Source: SAR86 cluster bacterium SAR86E (GTDB lineage Bacteria; Pseudomonadota; Gammaproteobacteria; Magnimaribacterales; D2472). From it: a DNA stretch of 64,000 nucleotides. Made by a program: the position numbers and the translations under genes. Location: the NCBI GenBank assembly GCA_000307935.1, contig AMWX01000001.1, positions 163,388 through 227,387 on the forward strand. The letters run 5' to 3'. Below the pieces are notes generated by a model, which ran no database searches, was not told the DNA's origin, and saw only the letters and a list, made by a program, of their open reading frames with translations. Below are positions 9,425 to 20,153 of the stretch, piece after piece (within the stretch, counting starts at the first letter, position 1; the number at the start of each line of letters is the position of its first letter).

Positions 9425-10143
9425 TGAGAATATTTCCAGCCATTGATCTGAAAAATGGTAATTGTGTAAGATTGCTGAAGGGTAATTTCAATGATGTAAC
9501 TGAATATAATCGTAACCCTGTAAATCAAGCTCTTGAATTTTCTGATCATGGATTAAATTATCTTCATATTGTTGATCTTGATGGTGCGCAAACCGGCAAT
9601 CAAAAAAATATTAATTCTGTTAAAAGGATCATAGAGCTCAAAAATATAAAAATTCAGTTTGGTGGTGGAATACGAACTATTGATCAAATTGATGAATTAT
9701 TAAATATTGGCATCGAAAGAGTGATAATTGGGACGGCTCTTTTTAAAGATAATTTCTACGAAAGGTTGGTAAAAAATTTTGATCGAAGCCAAATCGTTCT
9801 AGCCTTAGACTTCAAAATTATCGATGATCATCCATTTATTTGTACTCATGGCTGGCAAAATGTATCAGAGGTAAACTTATATGATTTCTTATCCTCAGAA
9901 TGTTACTTTCAAAATATTTTAGCAACAGATATATCATTGGATGGTGCTATGAATGGTCCTAGTATTCATACCTATAAATATATTTGCGATAACTTTAAAT
10001 CATTAAATCTAATTGCCTCGGGTGGAATAAAATCAATCAGTGATATCAAGACTTTAAAAGAACTTGGTATCAATGAATCAATTGTTGGCAAAGCTATATA
10101 TGAGAAGAATATCTTATTAGAGGAACTGGTATATGTTAACTAA
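9424..10143 (+). CDS. hisA: ProFAR isomerase
   Basis: 239 aa with RIFPAIDLKNGNCVRL, GGGIRT and IVGKAIYE. Confidence 0.9.
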   Translation: MRIFPAIDLKNGNCVRLLKGNFNDVTEYNRNPVNQALEFSDHGLNYLHIVDLDGAQTGNQKNINSVKRIIELKNIKIQFGGGIRTIDQIDELLNIGIERVIIGTALFKDNFYERLVKNFDRSQIVLALDFKIIDDHPFICTHGWQNVSEVNLYDFLSSECYFQNILATDISLDGAMNGPSIHTYKYICDNFKSLNLIASGGIKSISDIKTLKELGINESIVGKAIYEKNILLEELVYVN

Positions 10144-10900
10144 AAGAATCATTCCATGCCTGGATGTTCGGGATGATGAGGTTGTGAAAGGTATTCAGTT
10201 TAGAAATCATGAATATGTTGGCTCTATCACTAATTTAGCTCAAAGATATTCAAATGATGGTGCAGATGAGTTAGTTTTCTATGATATTGGTGCAAGCACA
10301 TCTGATTCAACTGTTAAAAAATCATGGGTAAGTAAAGTTGCTGATGTTATTGATATACCATTTTGTGTGGCAGGTGGTATTAAAACTTTAGAAGATGCAG
10401 AAGAAATTCTAAATTTAGGTGCAGATAAAATTTCTATAAATACCCCGGCAATTGAAAATCCAAAGCTGATAACTGAATTAAGTAATGAATTTGGGTCTCA
10501 GTGCGTTGTAATTGGTATGGATATCAAAATTGAAGATAAGAAAAATTATGTTTATATGAAAACTGGTAGTGAAATAACCTCTCAATCGTCTAATAAACTT
10601 GCATCAGAATGGGTAAAACAAGTCCAAGAACTTGGGGCTGGCGAGATAGTGATTAATTCTATGAATAAAGATGGTATGAGAGATGGTTACAGTATTGATT
10701 TACTTAATGAACTCGGAGATATATGCGATATACCAATGATTGCTTCTGGAGGCGCTGGTAACATTAACCATTTTATTGATGTTTTTACATCGACTAAAGT
10801 AGATGGCGCTTTAGCAGCAAGCATCTTCCACAAACAAATATATTCAATTAATGATATAAAATCAGGTCTTTCAGCAAATAACATCAATATTAGATTATGA
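10133..10900 (+). CDS. hisF: Imidazole glycerol phosphate synthase, cyclase subunit
   Basis: 255 aa with KRIIPCLDV, FCVAGGI, ASGGAG and ALAASIFH. Confidence 0.95.
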   Translation: MLTKRIIPCLDVRDDEVVKGIQFRNHEYVGSITNLAQRYSNDGADELVFYDIGASTSDSTVKKSWVSKVADVIDIPFCVAGGIKTLEDAEEILNLGADKISINTPAIENPKLITELSNEFGSQCVVIGMDIKIEDKKNYVYMKTGSEITSQSSNKLASEWVKQVQELGAGEIVINSMNKDGMRDGYSIDLLNELGDICDIPMIASGGAGNINHFIDVFTSTKVDGALAASIFHKQIYSINDIKSGLSANNINIRL

Positions 10901-11493
10901 AATTTATTAATTTAGACTGGGATAAAGTGAACGGTTTAATTCCCGCAATCATACAAGATCACGTTACATTGCAGGTGTTAATGCTTGGATATATGAACAA
11001 AGAAGCTTTAGAAAAATCTCAATCAAAAGGATATGTAACATTTTTTAGCAGAACAAAACAAAGATTATGGATGAAGGGAGAAACGTCCGGAAATAAGTTA
11101 AAAATCATAAACATACATCATGATTGCGATAACGATACACTCTTAATCATGGCAGATAATTCAGGCCCGACATGCCATCTTGGAAGAAAATCATGTTTTG
11201 ATAAAGCACCCTACTCCTCAGATTTTATTAATAGCTTAGAAAAAACTATTGATAAGCGATTTGAAAGTAGCGATATCACATCCTACACATACCAATTAGC
11301 AAAAGATGGAATAAAAGAAATAGCTAAAAAGGTAACAGAGGAAGCTGGAGAAGTTTCAATATCTGCTGTAACCAATGATGGTAGGGTAATTGATGAGGCC
11401 GCTGATTTAGTTTTTCACTTATTAGTTTTACTCAGAAAGTTAGACATGGATTTTGAGCAAGTTGTAAATGAATTAAAAAATCGATCAAAGTAA
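10897..11493 (+). CDS. hisIE: Bifunctional PR-AMP cyclohydrolase / PR-ATP pyrophosphatase
   Basis: 198 aa with SRTKQRLWMKGETSGN, HHDCDNDTLL and GPTCHLG..SCF (HisI), then EEAGEV...EAADLVFHLLVLL (HisE). Confidence 0.9.
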   Translation: MKFINLDWDKVNGLIPAIIQDHVTLQVLMLGYMNKEALEKSQSKGYVTFFSRTKQRLWMKGETSGNKLKIINIHHDCDNDTLLIMADNSGPTCHLGRKSCFDKAPYSSDFINSLEKTIDKRFESSDITSYTYQLAKDGIKEIAKKVTEEAGEVSISAVTNDGRVIDEAADLVFHLLVLLRKLDMDFEQVVNELKNRSK

Positions 11494-11494
11494 T

Positions 11495-13159
11495 TTACTT
11501 TTCAATTACATAATTATTTACTTGATCCTTCATTTCTTTTCTAAGAACAAATAATGCAATTAAGTTGGGAATGCTTACCAAGGCTACAACAACATATGCA
11601 ATATTCCATATAATTTCAGTGTCTATAACTGCAGCTAAAATAAAACTAAATACATATATCATCCGGTACCATCTAACTCCACCCTCCCCAAATATATATG
11701 CAGTAGACCTATCGCCGTAATACGACCAAGCAATTGCTGTAGAGAATGCGAATAACAACAATCCAATTGCAACAATATACTCACCAATATTACCAAGTAC
11801 GCCAGATGAAAAGGCCTTGGCTGTTAGTTCAGCTGAATGAATTAATGATTTGCCCTTAACCTTTATTGATACATCATCCAAAGAACCATTTGATACAATT
11901 AATTTGCCGCTAAATAAATTACCAGCTTGATAAAATTTAACATCCTCTCCAATAGACTGTTTGTGAAAAATAGTAATTTCATCATCTTGAATAACTCCAT
12001 CTACAAGGCTTAGAGTTCCAGAATAGTTTTTAACTGATGATGTGTTTGAGGTAAAATTTCGCCTGTCAAGAATGAACTTACCTAACTCATCAACATCGTC
12101 TGCATTTTCTTCGCTATAAGATCCTTCAAAAATAAACATCGATGTTCTATCAAATGAATTTTCATATTTCTGGGTCCACGCTCCACTTGATAAAATAACT
12201 AGCGCAGTAACACTGCATACAACAATCGTATCTATAAATGGCTCCAAAATTGAGACCATTCCTTGCTCAACTGACTTTTCAGTTTTCGCAGACGCATGAG
12301 CAATGGGAGATGAGCCTTGACCAGCTTCGTTTGAATACAGCCCTCTTGCTACACCAAGTTTTAGACTCATGGCAAAGCTTGCTCCTAAGAAGCCACCAAC
12401 AGCAGCTGACCCTGTAAATACTTGAGAAAAAATAGCATTAAATGATGGAATGATATTTTGGTAATTCTCAATTAACACTATTAATGCGCCACCGAAATAA
12501 ATAACACCCATTAAAGGGACTAGCTTGCTTGCTATTTGAGCAATCCTTTTGATACCGCCAACAATAATTACCCATAACATAATACCCAGAACTAAGCCTG
12601 TAAGAAGTTTAGGTATGCTAAATGTTGACTCAAGAACATTTGCAATATTATTAATTTGAGGCATATTTCCACTTCCAATTGCACATATCATCATCAGAGC
12701 AGCAAAAAGAACCCCAACCCATTTCATATTCAAACCTTTTTCAATGTAATACATGGGACCACCAGATATGGATCCATCAGAAAGTGTAGTTCTGTACTTG
12801 TGAGCCATAGTAACTTCAACGAATTTTGTGGTCATGCCAAATATAGCTGTAACCCACATCCAGAAAATGGCTGCCGGACCTCCTACCCAAATAGCTAAAG
12901 CTACACCACCAATATTTCCCGTACCTACAGCACCTGACATCGCTGTTGTCAATGCTTCAAATGGACTTGTCTCACCCTTGGTTTCTTCTTTTACATACTT
13001 ACCTGTAACAATTCTCCATCCATGAGCGAAAAATTTAAACTGAGGAAAACCTAAATAAAATGTAAAAAATATACCAGTGCCAATAAGCAAAGCTGGAAAC
13101 CACCATGATCCACTTAAGTAACCATCTAATAGCAGTAAGAAATCATTAAACGCAACCAT
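11495..13159 (-). CDS. Alanine/glycine:cation symporter (AGCS family), long form
   Basis: 554 aa with the hallmark ALTTAMSGAVGTGNIGGVALAI. It carries an extra hydrophilic segment of about 100 aa (aa ~329-440). Confidence 0.85.
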   Translation of the reverse strand: MVAFNDFLLLLDGYLSGSWWFPALLIGTGIFFTFYLGFPQFKFFAHGWRIVTGKYVKEETKGETSPFEALTTAMSGAVGTGNIGGVALAIWVGGPAAIFWMWVTAIFGMTTKFVEVTMAHKYRTTLSDGSISGGPMYYIEKGLNMKWVGVLFAALMMICAIGSGNMPQINNIANVLESTFSIPKLLTGLVLGIMLWVIIVGGIKRIAQIASKLVPLMGVIYFGGALIVLIENYQNIIPSFNAIFSQVFTGSAAVGGFLGASFAMSLKLGVARGLYSNEAGQGSSPIAHASAKTEKSVEQGMVSILEPFIDTIVVCSVTALVILSSGAWTQKYENSFDRTSMFIFEGSYSEENADDVDELGKFILDRRNFTSNTSSVKNYSGTLSLVDGVIQDDEITIFHKQSIGEDVKFYQAGNLFSGKLIVSNGSLDDVSIKVKGKSLIHSAELTAKAFSSGVLGNIGEYIVAIGLLLFAFSTAIAWSYYGDRSTAYIFGEGGVRWYRMIYVFSFILAAVIDTEIIWNIAYVVVALVSIPNLIALFVLRKEMKDQVNNYVIEK

Positions 13160-13168
13160 AGTTAATCC

Positions 13169-13399
13169 TTATTTTTCAACCCAATCCATCAAATCTGTAT
13201 ATCCGCCAATCAGCTCGTCATCTATAAATATTTGAGGCATTGTTCTGGCATTGGGATTTCTTGTTATCAGAAGATCAAATATCTCGGGAAGTTCGACATT
13301 ATGCTCAAGATAAGAGATGTTATTTTGATCAAAGTAATGTTTAGCTTTATCACAAAATATACAATTTGATTTAGAATAGATTTCTACATTTTTAAACAT
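13169..13399 (-). CDS. Glutaredoxin
   Basis: 76 aa. The active site is CIFC (CxxC), followed by TMPQIFIDDELIGGYTDL. Confidence 0.8.
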   Translation of the reverse strand: MFKNVEIYSKSNCIFCDKAKHYFDQNNISYLEHNVELPEIFDLLITRNPNARTMPQIFIDDELIGGYTDLMDWVEK

Positions 13400-13417
13400 C
13401 AGAGGATTATAAGCTAT

Positions 13418-14182
13418 ATGTCATTATTTAATTTAAAAAATAAATCATTTTTAATCACTGGGTCATCTAAAGGTATTGGTAAATCAATTGCTTTTCAAGC
13501 AGCCTCTCATGGAGCTAGAGTAATTATATCAAGTAGAAAATTAGATGCTTGTAAGAATACAGCCAATGAAATAAATGAATCAATCGGCTCAGAGGTTGCA
13601 TTTCCTATCGAAGGTAATATCGCTAATGAATCTGATCTAATTAATCTAGTTGATGAAACAAATAAGTTATTAGGAAAAATTGATGTACTGATATGTAATG
13701 CTGCAACAAATCCATTTATGGGATCAATGGCAGATATTCCCTCTGAAGCTTTTGATAAGGTAATGAATAATAATATTAAAGCAAATCATATTCTTACAAA
13801 CCTAGTAACGCCTCAAATGATTGAAAGAAAAGATGGAGTAATTATTATAATTTCAAGTGTTGGCGGCACCATTGGGAGCAATATGATTGGTACATATAAT
13901 ATTAGCAAAGCTGCTGATATACAGATGGTTAAAAATATTGCGGTTGAATATGGTCATCATAATATTAGAGCTAACAGTATAGCTCCAGGATTAATAAGAA
14001 CTGATTTTGCAAAAGGCTTATGGGAAAATCCTGCAATTCATGAGCAATACACTAAAACACATCCCATGCGAAGAATTGGTGAACCTGATGAAGTTGCTGG
14101 GGCTGCAATTATGCTTGCTTCAGAAGCTGGAAAGTACATTAATGGTCAAACTATAATCGTCGATGGCGGCGCAACAGCTTAA
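13418..14182 (+). CDS. Short-chain dehydrogenase/reductase
   Basis: 254 aa with TGSSKGIGKSIA and YNISKAA (YxxxK). Confidence 0.8.
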   Translation: MSLFNLKNKSFLITGSSKGIGKSIAFQAASHGARVIISSRKLDACKNTANEINESIGSEVAFPIEGNIANESDLINLVDETNKLLGKIDVLICNAATNPFMGSMADIPSEAFDKVMNNNIKANHILTNLVTPQMIERKDGVIIIISSVGGTIGSNMIGTYNISKAADIQMVKNIAVEYGHHNIRANSIAPGLIRTDFAKGLWENPAIHEQYTKTHPMRRIGEPDEVAGAAIMLASEAGKYINGQTIIVDGGATA

Positions 14183-15168
14183 AATATATTTTTGATCTTA
14201 AAAAGAAAATGATTAAGACCAATTTGTTCATTTAGTGCCGGTACTTTCATGAGCTGCATTTTATAATCAAGCAAATCTTCAATTAAATCCGAAACTATTC
14301 TGCTCTTAACCTTTTTTTCAGCATAAACCGTAATAACTGGATGGGGTTTATAGAAATCTGTACTTATTGCTAAACAAATTTTTAAAAAAAGAATAATTGC
14401 ATTGATTTTTTCATCATAATTAATGCTTATATCTTTAAAGAACTTAATTAAATCTGAGTTGGAAACTTTGCCCAGACAGAATGAATTAAGGGTCTGTGTT
14501 ATTTCTAAATACTGATTAGCTAAATCATCATTGATTAATCTCTTGATTTCTAAAGGGGTTGAATCTGGAGCAAAATTCAAAACAGAATAATCAATATAGC
14601 CTTGATCAATAATCCACTGATTTAATGTATCTGCATTAGGGTTATTAATTGAAATTATGCTTGAGCGACTGTATATGGTTGGAAGAAAGTAATTACGTTT
14701 ATTGGAAACAATAAAAATATGCTTGTTTGCAGGTAACTCCTCTAATGTTTTTAGTAAAGCATTTTGCGCATTGACATTCATCAGATGCGCATCATATATT
14801 ACTGCAACCCTTCTTTGAGATACTGAATTTGACATTCCTATATACTCATTAAGAGCTCTCACTCCCTCTATCTTCTTGGATACAATTGAATCTTTTTTAG
14901 CTTTAGAAATTGAATACAAAGAGCTGGAACAAGAATCAGATGACAAAAAACAAAAATCTGGATGAGATGAAGCTTCGTAATAGTTGCATGAATTACAATG
15001 ATCACAAGGCGCATCTATCTGTGAACACAAAAGTCTTTTAGCAAAATGAGAAGCTAGTTCTGATTTAGCTAGACCGCTTTCTCCTTCAATAATTATTGAA
15101 GAGGCAAAGTTTCTCTGCTCATATTTTTTTAAAGTATTTTCAAGCCAAGGGTAATGCTTAATAGTCAT
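14179..15168 (-). CDS. holB: DNA polymerase III delta-prime subunit
   Basis: I prefer the ATG at 15168 (MTIKHYPWLE), 1 nt after the tmk stop. Zn-module-like CDHCNSCNYYEASSHPDF. Sits in the tmk-holB synteny. Confidence 0.8.
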   Translation of the reverse strand: MTIKHYPWLENTLKKYEQRNFASSIIIEGESGLAKSELASHFAKRLLCSQIDAPCDHCNSCNYYEASSHPDFCFLSSDSCSSSLYSISKAKKDSIVSKKIEGVRALNEYIGMSNSVSQRRVAVIYDAHLMNVNAQNALLKTLEELPANKHIFIVSNKRNYFLPTIYSRSSIISINNPNADTLNQWIIDQGYIDYSVLNFAPDSTPLEIKRLINDDLANQYLEITQTLNSFCLGKVSNSDLIKFFKDISINYDEKINAIILFLKICLAISTDFYKPHPVITVYAEKKVKSRIVSDLIEDLLDYKMQLMKVPALNEQIGLNHFLFKIKNIF

Positions 15169-15169
15169 A

Positions 15170-15763
15170 TCAAAGCAATTCCTTAATAAGCTTTTTTGTT
15201 TCATGTGTTACTTGATCAACTGACCTAGATGCATCAATTACATGAACTTCACTGCGATTGTTAGCTAGCTGAAGATATCCATTTCTTACATCACTAAAAA
15301 ATTCTGCTCCAGCAGATTCAATCCTATCAATGACATCATCAGATTTTCTCATAAAACCCTCATTGACATCGAGATCATATATTATTGTTAGGTTTGGAAT
15401 TGGACAATTAAGATCATCTATCAATCTATTTATTAATTTGAGTGATAATTTTCTTCCATACCCCTGATAAGCTATGGAGGCGTGATAGTACCTGTCACAT
15501 AAAATAAAATCCTCACTTGCATTTATTAGGTGCTGATTAATCATTTCAGCTCTTGCAGCAAACATTAGTAACAACTCTGTATGCGAGTCAATTTCTGAAT
15601 CTTTTGAAAGAAGCAACTCCCTGATCTTTTCACCAAAATCAGTTGACCCTGGCTCTCTTAAAAGTTTTACAGAGTTACCATTCTCCTTGAGCCAACTTAA
15701 AATATTATTTATTTGTGTAGATTTACCAACGCCTTCTATGCCCTCAAAAGTTATAAGTTTCAT
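15170..15763 (-). CDS. tmk: Thymidylate kinase
   Basis: 197 aa with P-loop FEGIEGVGKST, LREPG and a DRY-type motif (CDRYYHAS). Confidence 0.9.
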   Translation of the reverse strand: MKLITFEGIEGVGKSTQINNILSWLKENGNSVKLLREPGSTDFGEKIRELLLSKDSEIDSHTELLLMFAARAEMINQHLINASEDFILCDRYYHASIAYQGYGRKLSLKLINRLIDDLNCPIPNLTIIYDLDVNEGFMRKSDDVIDRIESAGAEFFSDVRNGYLQLANNRSEVHVIDASRSVDQVTHETKKLIKELL

Positions 15764-15766
15764 GAT

Positions 15767-16759
15767 TTAATTTAATTGATATTTTTTCACTGCCTGCAGA
15801 TGTTCCTTATAAGTCCTAGAGAATTTATGAGTTCCATCGCCTTTAGCAACAAAATATAAATAATCATTCCTTTCTCCTAATATTACTGCCTCTAGGGAAG
15901 TTTTGCTAATAGTAGAGATAGGTGTTGGTGGTAAACCATTTATTTGATAAGTATTGAATATATTATTTTTATCCCTAAGATTAGCCTTAGTTATATTCCC
16001 ATTAAAATTTGGTAACAAACCATAAATTATTGTTGGATCAGCCTGCAATCTCATGCCAATATGCAATCTATGCAAGAAGACCCCAGCTATTTTTGATTTT
16101 TCATCATCATTACCAGCTTCTTTTTCTACAATCGAAGCAAGTATTAATGCTTCTCTAAGTTCAGTTAAAGGCAAATCATTTGATCGTTTTTCCCATAAAT
16201 TATTAGATAAGGTTAGAAATTCTGATTGAGATCTTTGAAGAATTATTGAACTCGATTCTGCATGTTGGTAGAAATATGTATCCGGCCTTAAAGTACCCTC
16301 GATAAATGGAAGAGAATTTTTCAAACAATCAAAATTAAAACAATCATTAGTCAAGCTAGACCTTGCAAGAATATCCTCAATCTCATAAAGATTTTTACCT
16401 TCAGGAATTTCAAGTTTAAATATCTTTACTTTACCTTCTGAAAGCGATTTTAAAAAATCTCTCCATGAAAGATTATTTAAGTCATAAAAACCGGCTTGAA
16501 TCATTTCTATGTCATTAAATTTTAAAAAGATTTTTAAAAGGAAAATTTCGTACAAGTTCAATGAAAAATTATTTAGAATTGAATTCAGTGAGCTACCCTT
16601 TTTAACTTCAATTGATGAGATGTCATCAGATACCCTAGAGTGCGTAAATGACTCAGCAGAACCAATTAAAATCATTCCTGTGATAAGTATGATAAAAAAA
16701 GTAGTAAAGAGTTTAGATTTTTTTAAAGACAAGAGTAGAGTTTGTTCCCCCGAACCCAA
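15767..16759 (-). CDS. mltG: Endolytic murein transglycosylase (YceG family)
   Basis: 330 aa with an N-terminal TM helix, IEGTLRPDTYFY and ASIVEKEA. Only TTG starts are available (16759 or 16732), and both overlap the fabF 3-prime end. Confidence 0.85.
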   Translation of the reverse strand: MGSGEQTLLLSLKKSKLFTTFFIILITGMILIGSAESFTHSRVSDDISSIEVKKGSSLNSILNNFSLNLYEIFLLKIFLKFNDIEMIQAGFYDLNNLSWRDFLKSLSEGKVKIFKLEIPEGKNLYEIEDILARSSLTNDCFNFDCLKNSLPFIEGTLRPDTYFYQHAESSSIILQRSQSEFLTLSNNLWEKRSNDLPLTELREALILASIVEKEAGNDDEKSKIAGVFLHRLHIGMRLQADPTIIYGLLPNFNGNITKANLRDKNNIFNTYQINGLPPTPISTISKTSLEAVILGERNDYLYFVAKGDGTHKFSRTYKEHLQAVKKYQLN

Positions 16760-17945
16760 ATGAATTATTCATAGTAACGGACACATCTTTTTCTGTTGCA
16801 TTTAAAGGTGTGTAGTTTAAGTCACATAGCGGATCTGGGTTAATTAAGTTTATTGTAGGCGGGATTACTCCATCATTTATTGATTTTATACAGAAAATAG
16901 ATTCTATAGCTCCTGCTGCTCCGAGCGTATGCCCTGTCATTGATTTTGTGGAGCTTATTTGTGGCACAGATGAGCCAAATACACTCTTCAGAGCAACAGT
17001 TTCAGCAACATCGCCAAGTGGCGTGGAGGTACCATGAGCATTGATATAGTCTACGTCAGAAGCATTAATTTGTGCATCATCAAGGGCATTACTCATGGAT
17101 AGCGCAGCACCTCTGCCGTCGCTGGGGGGAGCTGTCATATGGTGCGCATCAGAGCTTGATCCGAAGCCGATAATCTCAGCATAAATATTGGCAGAACGAT
17201 TTTTTGCGTGCTCATACTCTTCGATAACTAAAGAGCCAGCTCCATCCGAGAGAACAAATCCATCCCTATCAATATCCCAAGGTCGACTTGCAGTTTCCGG
17301 AGATGGGTTTAGAGATAAAGCCCGGGCAGAGATAAAGCCTGCAATTGATAAAGGGGTTGAGGCCATTTCTGCACCCCCAGCTATCATTACATCTGCTTCA
17401 CCATATGCAACAGATCTAGCAGCTGTTCCTATGCAATGATTGCCGGTAGAACAGGCTGTAACAACTGAGGTGTTTGGACCCATGAAACCATGTTTGATGG
17501 ACACTAATCCAGAAATCATATTTACAATTGAGCCAGGCACAAAGAAAGGCGAGACTTTCTTAAAACCTTTCGATTCTAAAATAGATTTATTTTTTTCAAT
17601 GGTTTCAATTCCACCAATGCCTGCTCCAAAATTCACTCCTACCCTATTCAGGTCAGTTGATGAGTTGAGGATTCCAGAGTCTTCTATGGATTGATTTGCC
17701 GCAATGATGCCGTATTGAATAAAAGGATCGATTCTTCTTAATTCTTTGGAATCTAGATAATCATTAGGGAAAAAATTTTTAAGCCTACCACCAATAGTAA
17801 CTGGACTATTTTCAAGCCCAATATCTATTTTAGTTATCCCTGATATGCCATTGGTGCATGAGGTCCATGCATCTTTAACAGAATTACCTATCGGAGAAAG
17901 AATTCCTAATCCAGTAACTACAACTCTTCTGTGCAGTTGCTTCAT
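16713..17945 (-). CDS. fabF: 3-oxoacyl-ACP synthase II
   Basis: 410 aa with ACSTGNHCIG, NAHGTSTPLGD, MTGHTLGAAG and NSFGFGGTN. Confidence 0.95.
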   Translation of the reverse strand: MKQLHRRVVVTGLGILSPIGNSVKDAWTSCTNGISGITKIDIGLENSPVTIGGRLKNFFPNDYLDSKELRRIDPFIQYGIIAANQSIEDSGILNSSTDLNRVGVNFGAGIGGIETIEKNKSILESKGFKKVSPFFVPGSIVNMISGLVSIKHGFMGPNTSVVTACSTGNHCIGTAARSVAYGEADVMIAGGAEMASTPLSIAGFISARALSLNPSPETASRPWDIDRDGFVLSDGAGSLVIEEYEHAKNRSANIYAEIIGFGSSSDAHHMTAPPSDGRGAALSMSNALDDAQINASDVDYINAHGTSTPLGDVAETVALKSVFGSSVPQISSTKSMTGHTLGAAGAIESIFCIKSINDGVIPPTINLINPDPLCDLNYTPLNATEKDVSVTMNNSFGFGGTNSTLVFKKI

Positions 17946-17956
17946 TAAGATTTATT

Positions 17957-18187
17957 CTAGCTATTTGAATTTATATAATTAACTGCTTCTTGAACGGTTG
18001 AGATTTTTTCAGCTTCCTCATCAGCAATTTCTAAATCAAACTCTTCTTCTAAAGCCATTACTAATTCCACAGTATCTAAGGAATCAGCACCAAGATCATC
18101 TACAAATGATGCGTCAACCTTTACCTCGTCATCAGAAACACCTAGCTGTTCACAAACAATTTTTCTTACTCTTTCTTCGATACTCAT
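17957..18187 (-). CDS. acpP: Acyl carrier protein
   Basis: 76 aa with [27 protein letters not shown] upstream. Confidence 0.95.
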   Translation of the reverse strand: MSIEERVRKIVCEQLGVSDDEVKVDASFVDDLGADSLDTVELVMALEEEFDLEIADEEAEKISTVQEAVNYINSNS

Positions 18188-18249
18188 TTGGCATCCTCCG
18201 TTTAAAAAAATCTATTCTACAACATTTAAACCAAAAACAAATAAAATCC

Positions 18250-18972
18250 TCAACTCATAAATAAACCACCATCAACAGAGATGGTTTGACCAGTTATATA
18301 ATTTCCTTTAGATGAAGCTAAAAATAACGCTAAATCAGCAATATGCTGCGGATTACCCATTTTATTTGCTGGAATTTGATTTAAAATATTTTCTAAATCT
18401 TTATCTTGAAAATGATCTGTCATATCTGTCTCAATGAATCCCGGAGCAATACAATTAACTGTGATATTTCGTGCAGCAACCTCTTTTGCTAAGGCTCGAG
18501 TAAATCCTCCAAGACCAGCTTTGCTCGCTGAATAATTAACCTGCCCAGCATTTCCCATGAGTCCGGCAACACTAGATATATTAATAATTGAGCCAGACCG
18601 CTCTTTAACCATTGATTTAATGAATAATTTTGACATATTAAAAACACTTGTAAGATTCGTCTCTATAACATCATCCCAGTCTTCATTTTTCATTCTAAGA
18701 AAAAGCTGATCTTTGGTTATACCTGCATTATTAATTAAAACATTTGGAACTTTATCAATTTCTTTCAATTGATCTAGGCATGCTGAGATCTGATTTCTAT
18801 CAGTTACGTTTAATTGAATATGCAGGCATTCATCAGAACTCAAGACTTTGGCAAGGTCAAAGTCTGATCTGGATGTCCCCAAAACAAAATAACCATTATT
18901 TGAAAAGCATTTTGCTATTTCTAGTCCAATACCCCTAGAAACACCGGTAATAAAAACTATTTTTTTATCCAT
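18250..18972 (-). CDS. fabG: 3-oxoacyl-ACP reductase
   Basis: 240 aa with ITGVSRGIGLEIA and YSASKAGLGGF. Sits in the fab cluster. Confidence 0.9.
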   Translation of the reverse strand: MDKKIVFITGVSRGIGLEIAKCFSNNGYFVLGTSRSDFDLAKVLSSDECLHIQLNVTDRNQISACLDQLKEIDKVPNVLINNAGITKDQLFLRMKNEDWDDVIETNLTSVFNMSKLFIKSMVKERSGSIINISSVAGLMGNAGQVNYSASKAGLGGFTRALAKEVAARNITVNCIAPGFIETDMTDHFQDKDLENILNQIPANKMGNPQHIADLALFLASSKGNYITGQTISVDGGLFMS

Positions 18973-19903
18973 AATGATTCATCTTCTCATAAAAATCTTC
19001 TTCGGAAACAGAATAATACCCATCTAGCTTATTAGCTTTAAATAAGCCTGACAAAACTTTTCCAGGCCCACACTCTATTATTGGTAAATTCAATGTTGAT
19101 ATTAGCTCACATGTTTCAACCCATCTTACTGGAGAGTGTAACTGCGAGATCAACAGAGACGGAATATCCAAAGGAGACAACACAGAATCGACAGTTACAT
19201 TATGGATGATTTTTGTATTAGGCATATTAAATTCAACATCGTTCAGGCTTTGCTTAAACTTATCAGCTGCATCTAGCATTAAGCTGCTGTGAGAAGCGAT
19301 GCTTACTTTCAGTTTTATTGATCGTTTTGCACCCTTTGCAATACAAAGATCTTGAGCTCGCTCTACCGCATCATCATGCCCTGAAATAACTGTTTGATTG
19401 GGGGAATTTAAATTAGCGCATTGAACATGTGAGCTTTCATCTTTTGAAGAAGAAGAACATATTTCTGCAATTATGTCTTGATCTAACCCCATGATCGCAG
19501 ACATAGAACCGCTTGGAGCCAACTCCATGAGTTCGCCTCTTCTTCTAACTAATTTTAATGCGTCGACAATTGTTATTGAATTAGCAGCCACCAACGCTGA
19601 ATACTCTCCCAAAGAGTGTCCAGCAAAATATAGTGGATTAATATCAACAGCATTAATTAATTTTTGATAATGCAAATAAGAACAAAGAACTAACAGTGGC
19701 TGTGTAATTGAAGTTTCGTGAAGTAAATTTTCCGGACCTTCTTCGATCAGCTTAATTGAGTCACGTGAAATTAGCTCATTACAGCAATCGAGGACTGCTG
19801 AATATTCACTTGAAGTAGCTATATCTATAATACCGCCCTTCGACAGCATGGATAAATGTTGGGAACCTTGACCAGGAAATGCTAAAAAAGCAGAAAAAGA
19901 CAT
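18965..19903 (-). CDS. fabD: Malonyl-CoA:ACP transacylase
   Basis: 312 aa with FPGQGSQ and AGHSLGEYSAL. Confidence 0.9.
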   Translation of the reverse strand: MSFSAFLAFPGQGSQHLSMLSKGGIIDIATSSEYSAVLDCCNELISRDSIKLIEEGPENLLHETSITQPLLVLCSYLHYQKLINAVDINPLYFAGHSLGEYSALVAANSITIVDALKLVRRRGELMELAPSGSMSAIMGLDQDIIAEICSSSSKDESSHVQCANLNSPNQTVISGHDDAVERAQDLCIAKGAKRSIKLKVSIASHSSLMLDAADKFKQSLNDVEFNMPNTKIIHNVTVDSVLSPLDIPSLLISQLHSPVRWVETCELISTLNLPIIECGPGKVLSGLFKANKLDGYYSVSEEDFYEKMNHYG

Positions 19904-19905
19904 GG

Positions 19906-20118
19906 TTAGTCTTGAGTTTCGTTGTCCTCTACTTCTTTGATTGGTTTTCTTAGATCTTTAATTAAACGGCCTTTATAAAATCCATCTGCTGTCATTTGAT
20001 GACGGAGATGTCTTTCACCAGATACAGGATCGGTCGATAGAGTTAGGTCGGATAAATGATCATGAGATCGAATCATTCCACGTTTTGATCTAGTTTTTTT
20101 ACTTTTTTGTACTGCCAT
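19906..20118 (-). CDS. rpmF: Ribosomal protein L32
   Basis: 70 aa with [20 protein letters not shown]. It has an acidic C-terminal extension. Confidence 0.85.
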   Translation of the reverse strand: MAVQKSKKTRSKRGMIRSHDHLSDLTLSTDPVSGERHLRHQMTADGFYKGRLIKDLRKPIKEVEDNETQD

Positions 20119-20153
20119 AATATTTTAAAAAAAATGCATACTATCAGATTAAA

